Assembly (NCBI GenBank): GCA_964517555.1
Contig: CAZFEF010000001.1
Span: forward strand, 56,598 to 120,597
Source: an uncultured Gammaproteobacteria bacterium
GTDB taxonomy: Bacteria > Patescibacteriota > Patescibacteriia > Patescibacteriales > UBA12465
DNA length: 64,000 bases
Direction: 5' to 3'
This document shows, one piece after another, positions 20,464-30,882 of this stretch (positions within the stretch are counted from its first letter, which is position 1; each line of letters opens with the position of its first letter). A program made the translations under genes and the position numbers. The notes under the pieces are model-generated. The model saw only the letters and a program-made list of their open reading frames with translations. It was not told the origin of the DNA and ran no database searches.

Positions 20464-21144
20464 ATGGCAAAGAAAGAAGTAAAAAAGAAGGAAGTTTTTT
20501 CCTTCGATCAAAGCAAGAGCTATAGCATCGCTGAGGCTATCGATCTAGCTAAACAGGCTAATCGGGCTAAATTTGATGCTTCGGTTGAGGTTCATTTTCG
20601 CTTAGGCATTGATCCTAAAAAAGGTGATCAGCAAGTACGTGGAGCTGTCAGTTTGCCTCACGGTACTGGCAAAACTATTAAAGTAGCGGCTTTTGTTAGT
20701 CCGGCCAAGGAAAAAGAGGTTAAAGCGGCTGGGGCTGATTATGTTGGCGGCGAAGAATTGATCGCTGAAATCAAGAAGACCGAAAAAACCGATTTTCAAG
20801 TAGCGGTGGCTGAGCCGGATATGATGAAAAGCCTAGCTCAGATCGCTAAAATCTTGGGTACTAGAGGTTTAATGCCCTCTCCTAAGAATGATACTGTCTC
20901 CCCTAACCCGGCTAAAGCCGTAGAGGAATTAAAAAAAGGCAAGATCAGTTTTAAAAACGACGATACCAGTAATGTTCATATGGTAATTGGTAAGATCAGT
21001 TTTGACAATCAGAAGTTAGTTGATAACTTCAATGTTATTCTCGAAACTGTTCGTCGGGGCAAGCCCAGTTCTTCTAAGGGTGTTTTTATCAAGAATGTCA
21101 GTCTGAGCTCTTCTATGGGCCCTGGAATCAAAATCGCCATTTAA
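20464..21144 (+). CDS. rplA: 50S ribosomal protein L1
   Basis: KFDASVE, LPHGTGK, RGLMPSPK, SSMGPG; ATG at 20464. Confidence 0.97.
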   Translation: MAKKEVKKKEVFSFDQSKSYSIAEAIDLAKQANRAKFDASVEVHFRLGIDPKKGDQQVRGAVSLPHGTGKTIKVAAFVSPAKEKEVKAAGADYVGGEELIAEIKKTEKTDFQVAVAEPDMMKSLAQIAKILGTRGLMPSPKNDTVSPNPAKAVEELKKGKISFKNDDTSNVHMVIGKISFDNQKLVDNFNVILETVRRGKPSSSKGVFIKNVSLSSSMGPGIKIAI

Positions 21145-21154
21145 GTTTATTATA

Positions 21155-21186
21155 CAAAAGAGAGCCCTAATTAGGGCTCTCTTTTG
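21155..21186. terminator. Bidirectional intrinsic terminator
   Basis: Perfect palindrome CAAAAGAGAGCCCTAATTAGGGCTCTCTTTTG between convergent rplA and uppP. Confidence 0.85.
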
Positions 21187-21196
21187 GTTTAAGAGA

Positions 21197-21973
21197 TTAT
21201 AGCAACCACCAAAGAAATAACAGACCGATAACTAAACGATATAATCCGAAAGGCTGGAAATTATATTTTTGAATGTATTTTATAAACGACCTGACCGCCA
21301 ACCAGGCGACCACTAAGGCGGTTAAAAAACCAATCGCTAGGAGTTGAAACTCTGGTCCGGACAGAGATAGGCCGCTACGGAATAAATCATAGCCGCTAGC
21401 CGCTACCATGGTCGGTACGGCCAAGAGAAAGGAAAACTCCACTATCGCCCGACGACTAATGCCTAGGGCCAAGCCACCGATAATCGTGGCCGCTGCTCGA
21501 GATACCCCGGGGACAACGGCTAGCGATTGGCATAGGCCGATTATCAGACATTGGACATAGCTGATGTCTTCAATGCCGCCGCTGGATGATTTATTCGATT
21601 CTTTTTTCTTTTGGAAATATTCAAAGATGATCAAAATCAAACCGCCGATAATTAGAGACCAGACGATGATTAATCTATTCTCGAAAAACACATCCTTGAT
21701 TATCTGATACATTCCATAACCCACAATTGCCGTAGGCAAGAAGGCGATGGCTAATTTTTTGATGTTTTTCCAGATAAATATCTTGCGAATATACAAACCG
21801 AAAACCGCCAAGATTGCCCCTAGCTGGATAACTATTTCGAATGTTTTGGTAAAGTTAGAGCTGGGGATTTTTAAAAGATCGCCCACTAAAATCAAATGGG
21901 CGGTCGAAGAAATTGGCAGGAATTCAGTCAGCCCCTCAACTATTCCTAAAATTATCGCCTGGAAAGCATTCAT
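21197..21973 (-). CDS. uppP: Undecaprenyl-diphosphatase
   Basis: EGLTEFLPISSTAH, PGVSRAAATI. Confidence 0.95.
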   Translation of the reverse strand: MNAFQAIILGIVEGLTEFLPISSTAHLILVGDLLKIPSSNFTKTFEIVIQLGAILAVFGLYIRKIFIWKNIKKLAIAFLPTAIVGYGMYQIIKDVFFENRLIIVWSLIIGGLILIIFEYFQKKKESNKSSSGGIEDISYVQCLIIGLCQSLAVVPGVSRAAATIIGGLALGISRRAIVEFSFLLAVPTMVAASGYDLFRSGLSLSGPEFQLLAIGFLTALVVAWLAVRSFIKYIQKYNFQPFGLYRLVIGLLFLWWLL

Positions 21974-21977
21974 AGTT

Positions 21978-22310
21978 TTATTTTACTAAATATTGAGCCA
22001 TGGTTTCTACTACCTTGGCATCATGTTTTTTGATGTTATTAAACATAACTGTGGCATCTTGGCCGCAACCAGTTAGGATGGCATCTCCTGCTGGGTGTTG
22101 AGGAATGTAATCGGTAAAGTTATAAACTTGGCCAGCAATAGTCATCCAGCAATCGGCGGCGGTTTTGTGTTGGCTAACTTGAGAGATCAGGTCGCCAGCC
22201 TTGTTGGTGTTGTCGGCGGTGCTGGTTTGGTTTTGAGTGTTAGTTTGACCGCAAGCGCTTAAGCTGAAAAGCAAAGCTCCGGCCAATGTGAGTAAGGCTA
22301 TTTTTTTCAT
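21978..22310 (-). CDS. Cytochrome b5-like heme-binding lipoprotein
   Basis: Lipobox LSAC; H..DCW..I.G.VY....HPAG....CGQDAT. Confidence 0.85.
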   Translation of the reverse strand: MKKIALLTLAGALLFSLSACGQTNTQNQTSTADNTNKAGDLISQVSQHKTAADCWMTIAGQVYNFTDYIPQHPAGDAILTGCGQDATVMFNNIKKHDAKVVETMAQYLVK

Positions 22311-22408
22311 AGATTTGTATTATTTTTTAACGATTTTATTATATCATCTTCCGTTTTTTCTGGCTAGAAATTAAAAAATCCTCGGTGGTTCTGAGGATTT
22401 TTTTGGAG

Positions 22409-22909
22409 TCAAGCTCCGTTGGTTATGACCCGAGTCAGGCTGGCGATCTTTATCACCTGCTGAGCAATGTCAAACTTTTCCAGGAAGATGATTTCCTTTA
22501 AAGGATTTTTCCAAGAGAAATCAGTCAGGGCTTTTTCACTGCTCAAGGCGCAAAGCCATTTGTTTGGCGTCGGAATATCATCCAGCTTTTCGAGCACCCC
22601 GGGGCGTTCAAAATTGTTAGCCACCAAGATGATCGGCTGATTCGGCAACGGCAGGATGTCTGGTTGCTGGCTGGTAAGATATTCCGGATTCAGAGACATG
22701 AGCGACAAGATAGCTGTCGCCTTCTTGGCTTCATCCTGGTGTAGTCTGTACGCCATTTTCGGCGGGAAGCCGGTTCCGGATAAATAGAATACACGGAACA
22801 CCCGCAATTCCACTAAGTTCAAAAACAGTTTCCTGGCCAAGGTTTCAGGGTATTTGAGATCGGCCATCTTGCCGGAGATCGGGACGGCTAAAAAAACATC
22901 GCTTTTCAT
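22409..22909 (-). CDS. Hypothetical protein
   Basis: 166-aa ORF, no recognised motif. Confidence 0.55.
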   Translation of the reverse strand: MKSDVFLAVPISGKMADLKYPETLARKLFLNLVELRVFRVFYLSGTGFPPKMAYRLHQDEAKKATAILSLMSLNPEYLTSQQPDILPLPNQPIILVANNFERPGVLEKLDDIPTPNKWLCALSSEKALTDFSWKNPLKEIIFLEKFDIAQQVIKIASLTRVITNGA

Positions 22910-22952
22910 GGTTCTTAGTTTTAAAACAACAATATTTTAGTTTAGTATTCGC

Positions 22953-23630
22953 TTAGATTTTTGTCAATTTGTTCCTGGCGAGAATAAAGCCCAGATTCTT
23001 GTCAAAACGTGAAGGGAATATTTGTACGCTAAACCCCAATGTCCGCAATTTCTCTTCTAGTTCTTGGTAGTGGCGGTCAGGTATTTGGTGATATTCCAAC
23101 ACTATGTTTCTAACCTTAGCCAGATCAATCTTTCGCCAATTATCCAATAGTTCATATTCCCCACCCTCAATATCCATTTTTAGCACATCAATCTCCCCTG
23201 TCTTTTCAATTAAACTAGAAAGCGAGATAGCTGATATTTTTATTGTCTCCGCCGAATCAGAAAACAAAAGTGAATGGTTAATAGAATCAGGGGCGATAAA
23301 CAGTTCTCTGGGGCCGTCATCTCGATCTAGGGCTTGAGCCAAAATTTTTATCCCCGGAAAATTATTCATCTTAATAGTTTCCTTTAACTTAGAAAAATTA
23401 TCCGGTTCCGGTTCCAACGCATAGACCTTTGCCAAAGGGTTTAACAATGAAACATAGGTGCTAAACACGCCCAGATGAGCGCCAACGTCAACTATGGTTT
23501 TGGCCTTAGCAATTAATTCTTCGGCTGCTCGATATTCTCGCCAAAAGAAAATCTCGCGGATAACGCTTTTATCCGCTTCATCCCTATCGGGAAATCTTAT
23601 TTCCTTATGGAGGAATTTTACTGTAGTCAT
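22953..23630 (-). CDS. FkbM-family methyltransferase
   Basis: VDVGAHLG, ALEP, LKMDIEGGE. Confidence 0.9.
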   Translation of the reverse strand: MTTVKFLHKEIRFPDRDEADKSVIREIFFWREYRAAEELIAKAKTIVDVGAHLGVFSTYVSLLNPLAKVYALEPEPDNFSKLKETIKMNNFPGIKILAQALDRDDGPRELFIAPDSINHSLLFSDSAETIKISAISLSSLIEKTGEIDVLKMDIEGGEYELLDNWRKIDLAKVRNIVLEYHQIPDRHYQELEEKLRTLGFSVQIFPSRFDKNLGFILARNKLTKI

Positions 23631-23727
23631 ATGGTTTTATTGTATCATAATGATTAATATGGGGCCAAATCTGTAAAAACAAAAAAGCGGACCCCGCCAG
23701 GTTCGCTTTTAAATTTGACTATTATGA

Positions 23728-24468
23728 TTATCTTAGAGTCCAACCACCATCAATGGTGATAATTTGCCCAGTAACATAACTGGCTTTATCTGAGGCTAAA
23801 TATAATACTCCTTGGGCAATGTCATCGGCTGAACCCATACGTCCCAAAGGAATAGCGGCTACGGTTTGTTTCTTGGCATCATCATTTAATCCCTGACTGG
23901 CACCGGGAGTTTCAGTGGCTCCAGGAGCGATAGCGTTAACCGTTATCTGTTGAGGGGCTAGCTCTAAAGCCAAGGCTCTAGTGAAACTATTAATCCCACC
24001 CTTAGAAGTGCAATAGTGGACTAGACCGGAGAAAGCCACGGAGCCGGCAATGGAGGAGATATTGATGATCCTAGCGCCGGGCTTCATGATTTTAATAGCG
24101 GCCTGCGAAGTGAAAAAGACACTCTTTAAATTGACGTTGATTACTTTGTCCCAATCAGCTTCGCTCATATTAACAAAAGGCACAAAAGGAAAGATTCCAG
24201 CGTTGTTGACTAAAATATCTAAGCCACCGAACTTAGCGACGGTTTGTTCAATCAAGGCTTCAACCTCCGTTTTCTGAGAGACATCGCACTTTACCGCCAA
24301 GGCCTTGCCGCCCAATCCTTCAATCTCGGTCACTACTTTTTGGCAATCTTCTAGGTTTAAATCACTGATTACTACCCGAGCTCCTTCCTTAGCTAGGGCC
24401 AAAGTAATAGCCTTCCCTATTCCCTGACGAGCGCCGGTAATCAGCGCTATTTTATTTTCCAATAACAT
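23728..24468 (-). CDS. SDR-family oxidoreductase (FabG-like)
   Basis: TGARQGIG, NNAG, YCTSK; ATG at 24468. Confidence 0.93.
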   Translation of the reverse strand: MLLENKIALITGARQGIGKAITLALAKEGARVVISDLNLEDCQKVVTEIEGLGGKALAVKCDVSQKTEVEALIEQTVAKFGGLDILVNNAGIFPFVPFVNMSEADWDKVINVNLKSVFFTSQAAIKIMKPGARIINISSIAGSVAFSGLVHYCTSKGGINSFTRALALELAPQQITVNAIAPGATETPGASQGLNDDAKKQTVAAIPLGRMGSADDIAQGVLYLASDKASYVTGQIITIDGGWTLR

Positions 24469-24549
24469 AATTTTATTGATTAATTGTAATATCAAGGCCT
24501 CGTTATTTTAACAAATTATAGGCTAAATAACAAATCAAAAAGCCCCCGT

Positions 24550-25365
24550 TTATTCCGGCGGCTTTTGACGATTTTTTTGAGCTTCAGATAGCAATTCTTC
24601 GTTGGTATACTTCTGTCTTTCAATGGCGGTAAATTCATCTATCAAATTCCCTCCTCCGGCTGGACGAATCATTCGTACCCAGCCAAAGCTTTTACTCAAC
24701 CCCCTCTGATGGTCAAATGGGTTTTCGCGGGTATATTGAATGATGGAACAATTCGGTACCCTACCCCAGTCTGCTGGCGTGGTTAAGAAGTCGTTGGTTT
24801 TTTGCAAAGACATTCTTTCCAGGATGATGCAGAAACTGCGCATGACGTGACCGTGACAGACTATAATTACATTTTGGCCATCACATTCTCGGGCTAAAGT
24901 ATCTAAAACGATCTTAATCCTTTGGCAGACATCAGCAATGCTCTCTCCTTGGGGCGGCCGGAATAGAAATGGTTGGGAGTTATAGAATTTCTGCTGATCA
25001 CTATAATCCCTATCCCGTTTGCTCGGGGGAATAACGTTGAATAAGCCACCATCGCGTTCCCGCAGATTGAAGTCGATCATCCATTGGGCCTCAGGCAGAT
25101 TCAGGTAAGCCGCAGTTTGCATAGCTCTGACATTATTTGAAACTAGCATCCGATCAAAGCGAATCAATTGATTATCCCTAAACCAGTTGCCAGCCTTTTT
25201 GGCTTGTTCTACCCCTAATGGGGTCATCTCATATTGGGATTCATGTAAACCGAGAAATTCATCAGAAAAGAATGACTCATCGGCGGTTTCTTCGTATTTT
25301 TTTCTAACTAAATTTCCCTCAGACTGTCCGTGTCTGGTCAGGAATAAATTTTTGGGCATGGCCAT
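24550..25365 (-). CDS. Histidine phosphatase / phosphoglycerate mutase family
   Basis: RHGQSEGN, RAMQTA, GES, VCHG. Confidence 0.9.
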   Translation of the reverse strand: MAMPKNLFLTRHGQSEGNLVRKKYEETADESFFSDEFLGLHESQYEMTPLGVEQAKKAGNWFRDNQLIRFDRMLVSNNVRAMQTAAYLNLPEAQWMIDFNLRERDGGLFNVIPPSKRDRDYSDQQKFYNSQPFLFRPPQGESIADVCQRIKIVLDTLARECDGQNVIIVCHGHVMRSFCIILERMSLQKTNDFLTTPADWGRVPNCSIIQYTRENPFDHQRGLSKSFGWVRMIRPAGGGNLIDEFTAIERQKYTNEELLSEAQKNRQKPPE

Positions 25366-25540
25366 AATATAGATGTTTTTGGTGAATTTAAAGGTACTTG
25401 AGAATAGAAAAATATAACACAACTACTTTTGTTTGTAAACTAGTTTTTGCACACTAAATCGTTTGACAAGCGATTTTTTTGGTAGTAATCTGGACTACTG
25501 TCCTTTAAAAAACACATGTTTAACCAAATAAATAAGAAAG

Positions 25541-27937
25541 ATGAAGAAAAAAGTTTTGTTTTTGGCGGTATCAATTCTGATGCCGATGTTATCAATGGCT
25601 TCGGAGGCGGATTTGAAGATGCCGGCGGCCATCAAAGAGCAGGGGTTGCTTTACCTGGGGTTTGTTATTTGCGCCTTGGGGTTACTTTTTGGCTGGTATC
25701 AATTCCGGCGATTGAAGCTTCTGCCGGCTCATCGTTCCATGCTGGACGTAGCCGAGGTTATCTACAAGACCTGCAAAGCCTATTTATGGCAGCAGGGTAA
25801 GTTTCTGATCAGGTTGTTTCTGTTTATTGGCACGGTCATTGCGGTCTATTTCGGTTTTCTGACTGAGGTGTCGGCTGGGTTCGGTGGAGTTCTGTTAATT
25901 CTACTTTGGACTATCATCGGTATTCTGGGATCATATGGAGTGGCGGCTTTTGGCATTCGAACTAATACCCTGGCCAATAGTCGCATGGCTTTCGCCTCTC
26001 TCAAGAGGCGGCCCTTTGAACTCCTGAAAATTCCTTTAAATGCCGGCATGAGCATCGGCGTGATTTTGATCTGCGTTGAACTAATTATGATGCTCATTAT
26101 CCTCTTGCTTATGCCCGGACATTTGGCTGGAGCCTGCTTTATCGGCTTCGCCATTGGTGAATCGCTTGGAGCTTCGGCTTTGAGAATCGCTGGCGGTATT
26201 TTCACGAAGATCGCCGACATCGGTTCCGACTTGATGAAAGTGATATTTAAGATCGGAGAGGATGATCCCCGTAATCCGGGAGTGATCGCCGACTGTGCCG
26301 GGGATAATGCCGGTGACAGTGTCGGGCCGACCGCTGATGGTTTCGAAACCTATGGGGTTACTGGCGTAGCCTTAATCTCTTTCATCCTCTTGGCCGTTAC
26401 TGGTGGCGAAGCTGTCCAGACCAATCTTTTGGTTTGGATTTTCGCTATGAGGATCTTGATGATCGTGACTTCGCTGGCAGCTTTCTGGATCAATGGTGCC
26501 ATTAGTCGTCGCCGATATGCCAAGAAGGACGAGATTGATTTTGAGAAACCGTTGACCAGTTTGGTATGGATCACTTCCCTGCTATCTATTGCAGTTACTT
26601 TCGGCATCAGCTATTTGTTGATACCGGAAATTGCCGGCAACACTTACGCCTGGTTAGTGCTTTCGATAATCATCAGTTGTGGCACTCTGGGTGCCGCCTT
26701 GATTCCGGAAGTTACTAAGATCTTTACCAGTCCTAAGTCTGGCCACGTCCAGGAAGTAGTTAAGTCCGGCAAGGAAGGTGGATCATCGCTGGTGATCCTG
26801 TCCGGTTTTGTGGCCGGCAACTTCAGCGCCTTCTGGCAAGGATTGATCTTTTTGCTTCTGATGTTTATCGCCTATGTCGCCAGCAGTTTTGGATTGTCCG
26901 AATTCATGATCTACCCATCAATTTTTGCTTTTGGCCTGGTGGCCTTTGGTATGTTGGGAATGGGTCCGGTGACTATTGCGGTGGACAGCTACGGGCCGGT
27001 AACGGATAATGCACAGTCGATCTATGAGTTGTCTCTCATTGAAACCATACCTGGGATTGATCAGGAAATAAAAAGCGATTTCGGTTTTGCTCCTGACTGG
27101 GAAAAATCCAAAGAGTATCTGGAGGCTAACGACGGAGCTGGAAATACCTTTAAGGCCACAGCCAAGCCGGTATTAATCGGCACGGCAGTAGTTGGGGCCA
27201 CTACCATGATTTTTTCTCTGATCTTGATCGTTAAAAATGTCATGGGGGTCGCTCCGGAGACAATACTGAATATCCTAAACCCCTACAGCATTATGGGATT
27301 GCTCGCGGCCGGCATGGTTATCTACTGGTTCACTGGCTCCACCACTCAAGCTGTTTCTACCGGCGCCTATCGGGCAGTCAAATACATCAAGGAAAATATC
27401 AACTTGGATATGAACGCTCCTAAGGTGGCTGATGCCAAAAAATCAGTTGAGGTGGTGCAAATTTGTACCAAGTATGCCCAGAAAGGGATGTTCAATATCT
27501 TCATCGGCGTTTTCTTCTTTGCCCTGGCTTTTGCCTGTTTCTCCAGTCCGAGTAATATCGGCGGCACTAACGCCATTTCTTTCTTTATCTACTACCTCAT
27601 CGGCATCGCGGTCTTCGGACTCTTCCAGGCCATATTCATGGCCAACGCCGGCGGCTGTTGGGACAATGCCAAGAAGGTGGTGGAGGTGGATCTCAAACAG
27701 AAAGGCACTCCGTTGCATGACGCTTGCGTAGTGGGTGATACCGTCGGGGATCCTTTCAAGGACACCTCATCGGTGGCCCTGAACCCGGTGATTAAATTTA
27801 CCACCTTGTTCGGGCTGTTGGCTATGGAAATTGCCATCAGTGACAGCTTCAGCACTATTGCTCCTTTCGTCGGCTTGGTCTTCTTGGGCGTTGCTTTGTT
27901 TTTCGCCCGGAGATCATTCTATGGAATGAGGATCTAA
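25541..27937 (+). CDS. hppA: Membrane-integral ion-translocating pyrophosphatase (divergent K+-independent type)
   Basis: FTKIADIGSDL, EDDPRNPGVIAD..GDNAGD, GNTFKA (Lys at the K+-dependence position), GDTVGDPFKD. Confidence 0.95.
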   Translation: MKKKVLFLAVSILMPMLSMASEADLKMPAAIKEQGLLYLGFVICALGLLFGWYQFRRLKLLPAHRSMLDVAEVIYKTCKAYLWQQGKFLIRLFLFIGTVIAVYFGFLTEVSAGFGGVLLILLWTIIGILGSYGVAAFGIRTNTLANSRMAFASLKRRPFELLKIPLNAGMSIGVILICVELIMMLIILLLMPGHLAGACFIGFAIGESLGASALRIAGGIFTKIADIGSDLMKVIFKIGEDDPRNPGVIADCAGDNAGDSVGPTADGFETYGVTGVALISFILLAVTGGEAVQTNLLVWIFAMRILMIVTSLAAFWINGAISRRRYAKKDEIDFEKPLTSLVWITSLLSIAVTFGISYLLIPEIAGNTYAWLVLSIIISCGTLGAALIPEVTKIFTSPKSGHVQEVVKSGKEGGSSLVILSGFVAGNFSAFWQGLIFLLLMFIAYVASSFGLSEFMIYPSIFAFGLVAFGMLGMGPVTIAVDSYGPVTDNAQSIYELSLIETIPGIDQEIKSDFGFAPDWEKSKEYLEANDGAGNTFKATAKPVLIGTAVVGATTMIFSLILIVKNVMGVAPETILNILNPYSIMGLLAAGMVIYWFTGSTTQAVSTGAYRAVKYIKENINLDMNAPKVADAKKSVEVVQICTKYAQKGMFNIFIGVFFFALAFACFSSPSNIGGTNAISFFIYYLIGIAVFGLFQAIFMANAGGCWDNAKKVVEVDLKQKGTPLHDACVVGDTVGDPFKDTSSVALNPVIKFTTLFGLLAMEIAISDSFSTIAPFVGLVFLGVALFFARRSFYGMRI

Positions 27938-27984
27938 AAAATATGACCAATCAAAAAGAGGAATCACTTCCTCTTTTTTAATAT

Positions 27985-28557
27985 CTAATACTGCTTTTTG
28001 GCAATTACTTTTTCCGGCTCCTCCTGACCTAAACCATTAATTGATTCGGAGACATCGAATAATATCACTAAAGCCTTAGTTTTAATGTTTAGATACCTCA
28101 TCACTGGATGAAAGAGATATCTCGGTTTAACTGGATTGGCGAGTTGGTAGGCGATGATTTGCTTAACTCGCTTGAGGTCATTATCCAAAACTAAAACATA
28201 CAACTTCTTGTCCTTAACGTAACGAATAATAATTCGGTATGCTGGATTCCCTAGGCAGGAATCTGAACTTAGCCGAACCATTTCCAGTGATAAGGATTGG
28301 TTGATGTTCCAGGTCTGGCGGTGGTAGAATTTCGTGACTCCGCAGGAATCAACCCTGTCCGGGCTGGTTTTGGCAATAGCCTGCAATACCTCTTGATTCT
28401 CTGGGCTAAGATAGAGAAAGACCTCTATATGTCCCCGGCTACACTTTTCTTGGCTCCAGCGCAGTCCGTTGTCATTAGGGGCTTTCTGGGGCTCTGGTTG
28501 GCCGTATAAGGCCGGTATAAGCCCAAACATGACGATTGATACTATCAACTTCTTCAT
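27985..28557 (-). CDS. Hypothetical secreted protein
   Basis: N-terminal signal-peptide-like sequence, no recognised domain. Confidence 0.55.
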   Translation of the reverse strand: MKKLIVSIVMFGLIPALYGQPEPQKAPNDNGLRWSQEKCSRGHIEVFLYLSPENQEVLQAIAKTSPDRVDSCGVTKFYHRQTWNINQSLSLEMVRLSSDSCLGNPAYRIIIRYVKDKKLYVLVLDNDLKRVKQIIAYQLANPVKPRYLFHPVMRYLNIKTKALVILFDVSESINGLGQEEPEKVIAKKQY

Positions 28558-28662
28558 CAGTCAGATTTTTAATGTTCCTGCTATTTAATCATTATTTGTT
28601 AATATTGTCAATACTAAAAACAAGCGGATAGCCGCTTGTTTTTAAGGTGAAAATTATAAGAG

Positions 28663-29682
28663 TTAGTTATAGTATTTATCAATCACACAAGCGCTGATAT
28701 CATCACCGGTTAGACTGATAGCTACCTCCTCTAAGCATCCCTGCTGGAACATCTCTTCTCTGATCTCGTTGGCAAAATAATCATCGCGACCAGCAATGCT
28801 CAATCCTAGATGTAGGGCAATTTCTTTCTTTTTATCAATCTCTCCGGAGTCGATAAGTTTCATTAAATATTTTTCTCTAATTTCTTCCGCTTCAGGCGAA
28901 TCGTCTAATACTAATGAGTCTAGCTTGATATTCATATCCCCCCTGCCTTTGGTGAATTCGGTCCGAATCTTTTCGCTGACCGCATCATATTGTCCCATGG
29001 AACTGATGAGCAAAGAATTGAAAAAATTACGCTGATCTCGGAAGGATACGTTATTTAAACACTTCAATTTTTCTTCTCGAGCTTTAGCCCCCCAAACACC
29101 GGTGAGACTGATGATGTAATCCTGAAACTGACCACCATTTTCTAAAAGTTTTTTACGCATTTCCCAAGCCTCTGGAGAATTTAATCCAATCAAACTCCAA
29201 AAAAGATTTTTCACTAAAGTCGGGCTGTTTTTATACCGATCATCTTTGCCCCCTAATTCTTGGTATAATTTTTCTCGCATCTTAAAAGACTCTGGATCAT
29301 CTAGGCCGCGCAAACTCAAACTAACGCTGTTTAGATCTACGCCGACGCTGATAGCTTTTTCTCTCATCTGCCAGGCGTCTTCGTCATCTAAGCCAGCCAA
29401 ACCTTTAATCACGTCATTACGGATAGCTCGAGCTCTATCCGGTCCCATCTCGGCAGTTGAGTCCCAAATATCTTGACGCAAATTCCAAGCTTCTAAGGAA
29501 TCAGAAAAAGCTAGGCAACTAGCGATAGTTCCCCGCCCCACTCCTTTTTGTCGCAGCTCTTTGAGGCGCTTAATTCGCTCCGACTCATTTAAAACTTCCT
29601 TAGACTCAACTTCGGTCTGGGTTTCAGCTCCGGAAATGTTCTCGGGATAATTATTTTTTTCTAAATTATTAGGGAAAGACAT
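28663..29682 (-). CDS. Helical repeat protein
   Basis: Recurrent SL.G.D..EAW.MRE motif (about 7 copies). Confidence 0.7.
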   Translation of the reverse strand: MSFPNNLEKNNYPENISGAETQTEVESKEVLNESERIKRLKELRQKGVGRGTIASCLAFSDSLEAWNLRQDIWDSTAEMGPDRARAIRNDVIKGLAGLDDEDAWQMREKAISVGVDLNSVSLSLRGLDDPESFKMREKLYQELGGKDDRYKNSPTLVKNLFWSLIGLNSPEAWEMRKKLLENGGQFQDYIISLTGVWGAKAREEKLKCLNNVSFRDQRNFFNSLLISSMGQYDAVSEKIRTEFTKGRGDMNIKLDSLVLDDSPEAEEIREKYLMKLIDSGEIDKKKEIALHLGLSIAGRDDYFANEIREEMFQQGCLEEVAISLTGDDISACVIDKYYN

Positions 29683-29766
29683 AATAGTATGATTAGTGAT
29701 TTAATATTTCAATTATAGTATAAAAACATGTTTTTGTCAAAGAAAAAACCACTAGATATTTATGAG

Positions 29767-30879
29767 TTAATTATTCTTTTTAAACTTCATCGAGGCCAAA
29801 AAAGTAGCGATGGGCATGGACAAGATTACCCCGACACTGCCCACTAAAGTCCTAACTATTTCCGTGCTAACTATTTCCGTGTTAAGCAACCGGCTAAAGG
29901 TCAGGCCAGAATTTTGATTGAGGATGAATAATAATAACAAGGGTAAGGCGGCACCGGCATAGGTCAGGAATAAAGTGTTGATGATTGCGCCCAGGTGAGT
30001 GTTTCCGATTTTATAGGCTAAGCTAAATACTTTTTTGGGGGGTAGCTTAGGGTTGGCGACTTTAATCTGTTCTACCGCCTCTATTTGGCCGATGATAATA
30101 TCATCTAAGACACCGATAGCGCCAATAATGAACCCGGCTAAAAGCAAGCCCTGAAAATTGATTTCAACATTTCCTGTTCCGATTAAAAAAGTCGTTTCTT
30201 CCTGAACCAATCCAGATAGTTTGGTTAATTTAGTAAAGATAATAGATAGAACCAGGGTTACAAATAGAGAAATCAGAACAGACAATATGGCTAGATGCGA
30301 CTTTCTCCTAAACCCTTCAGTGGTATAGATTATAATCCCTAGAATGATCAAACCACCGAATAAACTGATCAAAAATGGATCGCGACCGTTTAATATTTGT
30401 GGCAGGATAAATTTAATAATGATGACAAAGCTCAAAATCAAACTAATTAAAGCTTTAAATCCTTTAAGCCTTCCCACTAGCAAGACCGTTAAGACGAAAA
30501 TGGCAAATAAGAGATAAAGATAATTAGTCCTGACAAAATCAATTACATAAAAAGTCGTCTGTCCTTCACTGTCCGTATTACTATCAACCAAAACCTTATC
30601 TCCGGCTTGATAGAATCCGGCGTTAGCTACTTCGATTTCTGATATGCCATTATATATCACCTCTTTCCCCTTCCAATCACCTTCAAGGCCAGAGAGTTTT
30701 AAGTCCTGTTGTTTGAAGGTTGATCCGTCTTCTCTAGTTTTTTCTTCTACCCGGATAACTTCTACTACTCTGGCTTTAAAGACGCTAGTCTTTTCAGGAT
30801 TGTTATCAGCCCGAAGTGAGAATGGAAATAGCAGAAGGGCCAAAAGTAATAAGGCAAATATTTTTTTATAGCGGCTCAT
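29767..30879 (-). CDS. YibE/F-family membrane protein
   Basis: GAIGVLDD..Q, INTLFLTYAG..LP, EIVRTLVGS.G. Confidence 0.9.
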   Translation of the reverse strand: MSRYKKIFALLLLALLLFPFSLRADNNPEKTSVFKARVVEVIRVEEKTREDGSTFKQQDLKLSGLEGDWKGKEVIYNGISEIEVANAGFYQAGDKVLVDSNTDSEGQTTFYVIDFVRTNYLYLLFAIFVLTVLLVGRLKGFKALISLILSFVIIIKFILPQILNGRDPFLISLFGGLIILGIIIYTTEGFRRKSHLAILSVLISLFVTLVLSIIFTKLTKLSGLVQEETTFLIGTGNVEINFQGLLLAGFIIGAIGVLDDIIIGQIEAVEQIKVANPKLPPKKVFSLAYKIGNTHLGAIINTLFLTYAGAALPLLLLFILNQNSGLTFSRLLNTEIVSTEIVRTLVGSVGVILSMPIATFLASMKFKKNN

Positions 30880-30882
30880 AAA

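Noticed and set aside
25499-25512. boxA-like (T/G)TCTTT(T)AAAA motifs upstream of several accessory genes
   Set aside because: Too degenerate in AT-rich DNA to support without a motif-enrichment test.
25516-27855. Numerous overlapping or antisense ORFs within hppA (and similar ones in pyrG, hsdR, lysS and the lipoprotein genes)
   Set aside because: Shadow frames of well-supported genes, with no independent motifs.
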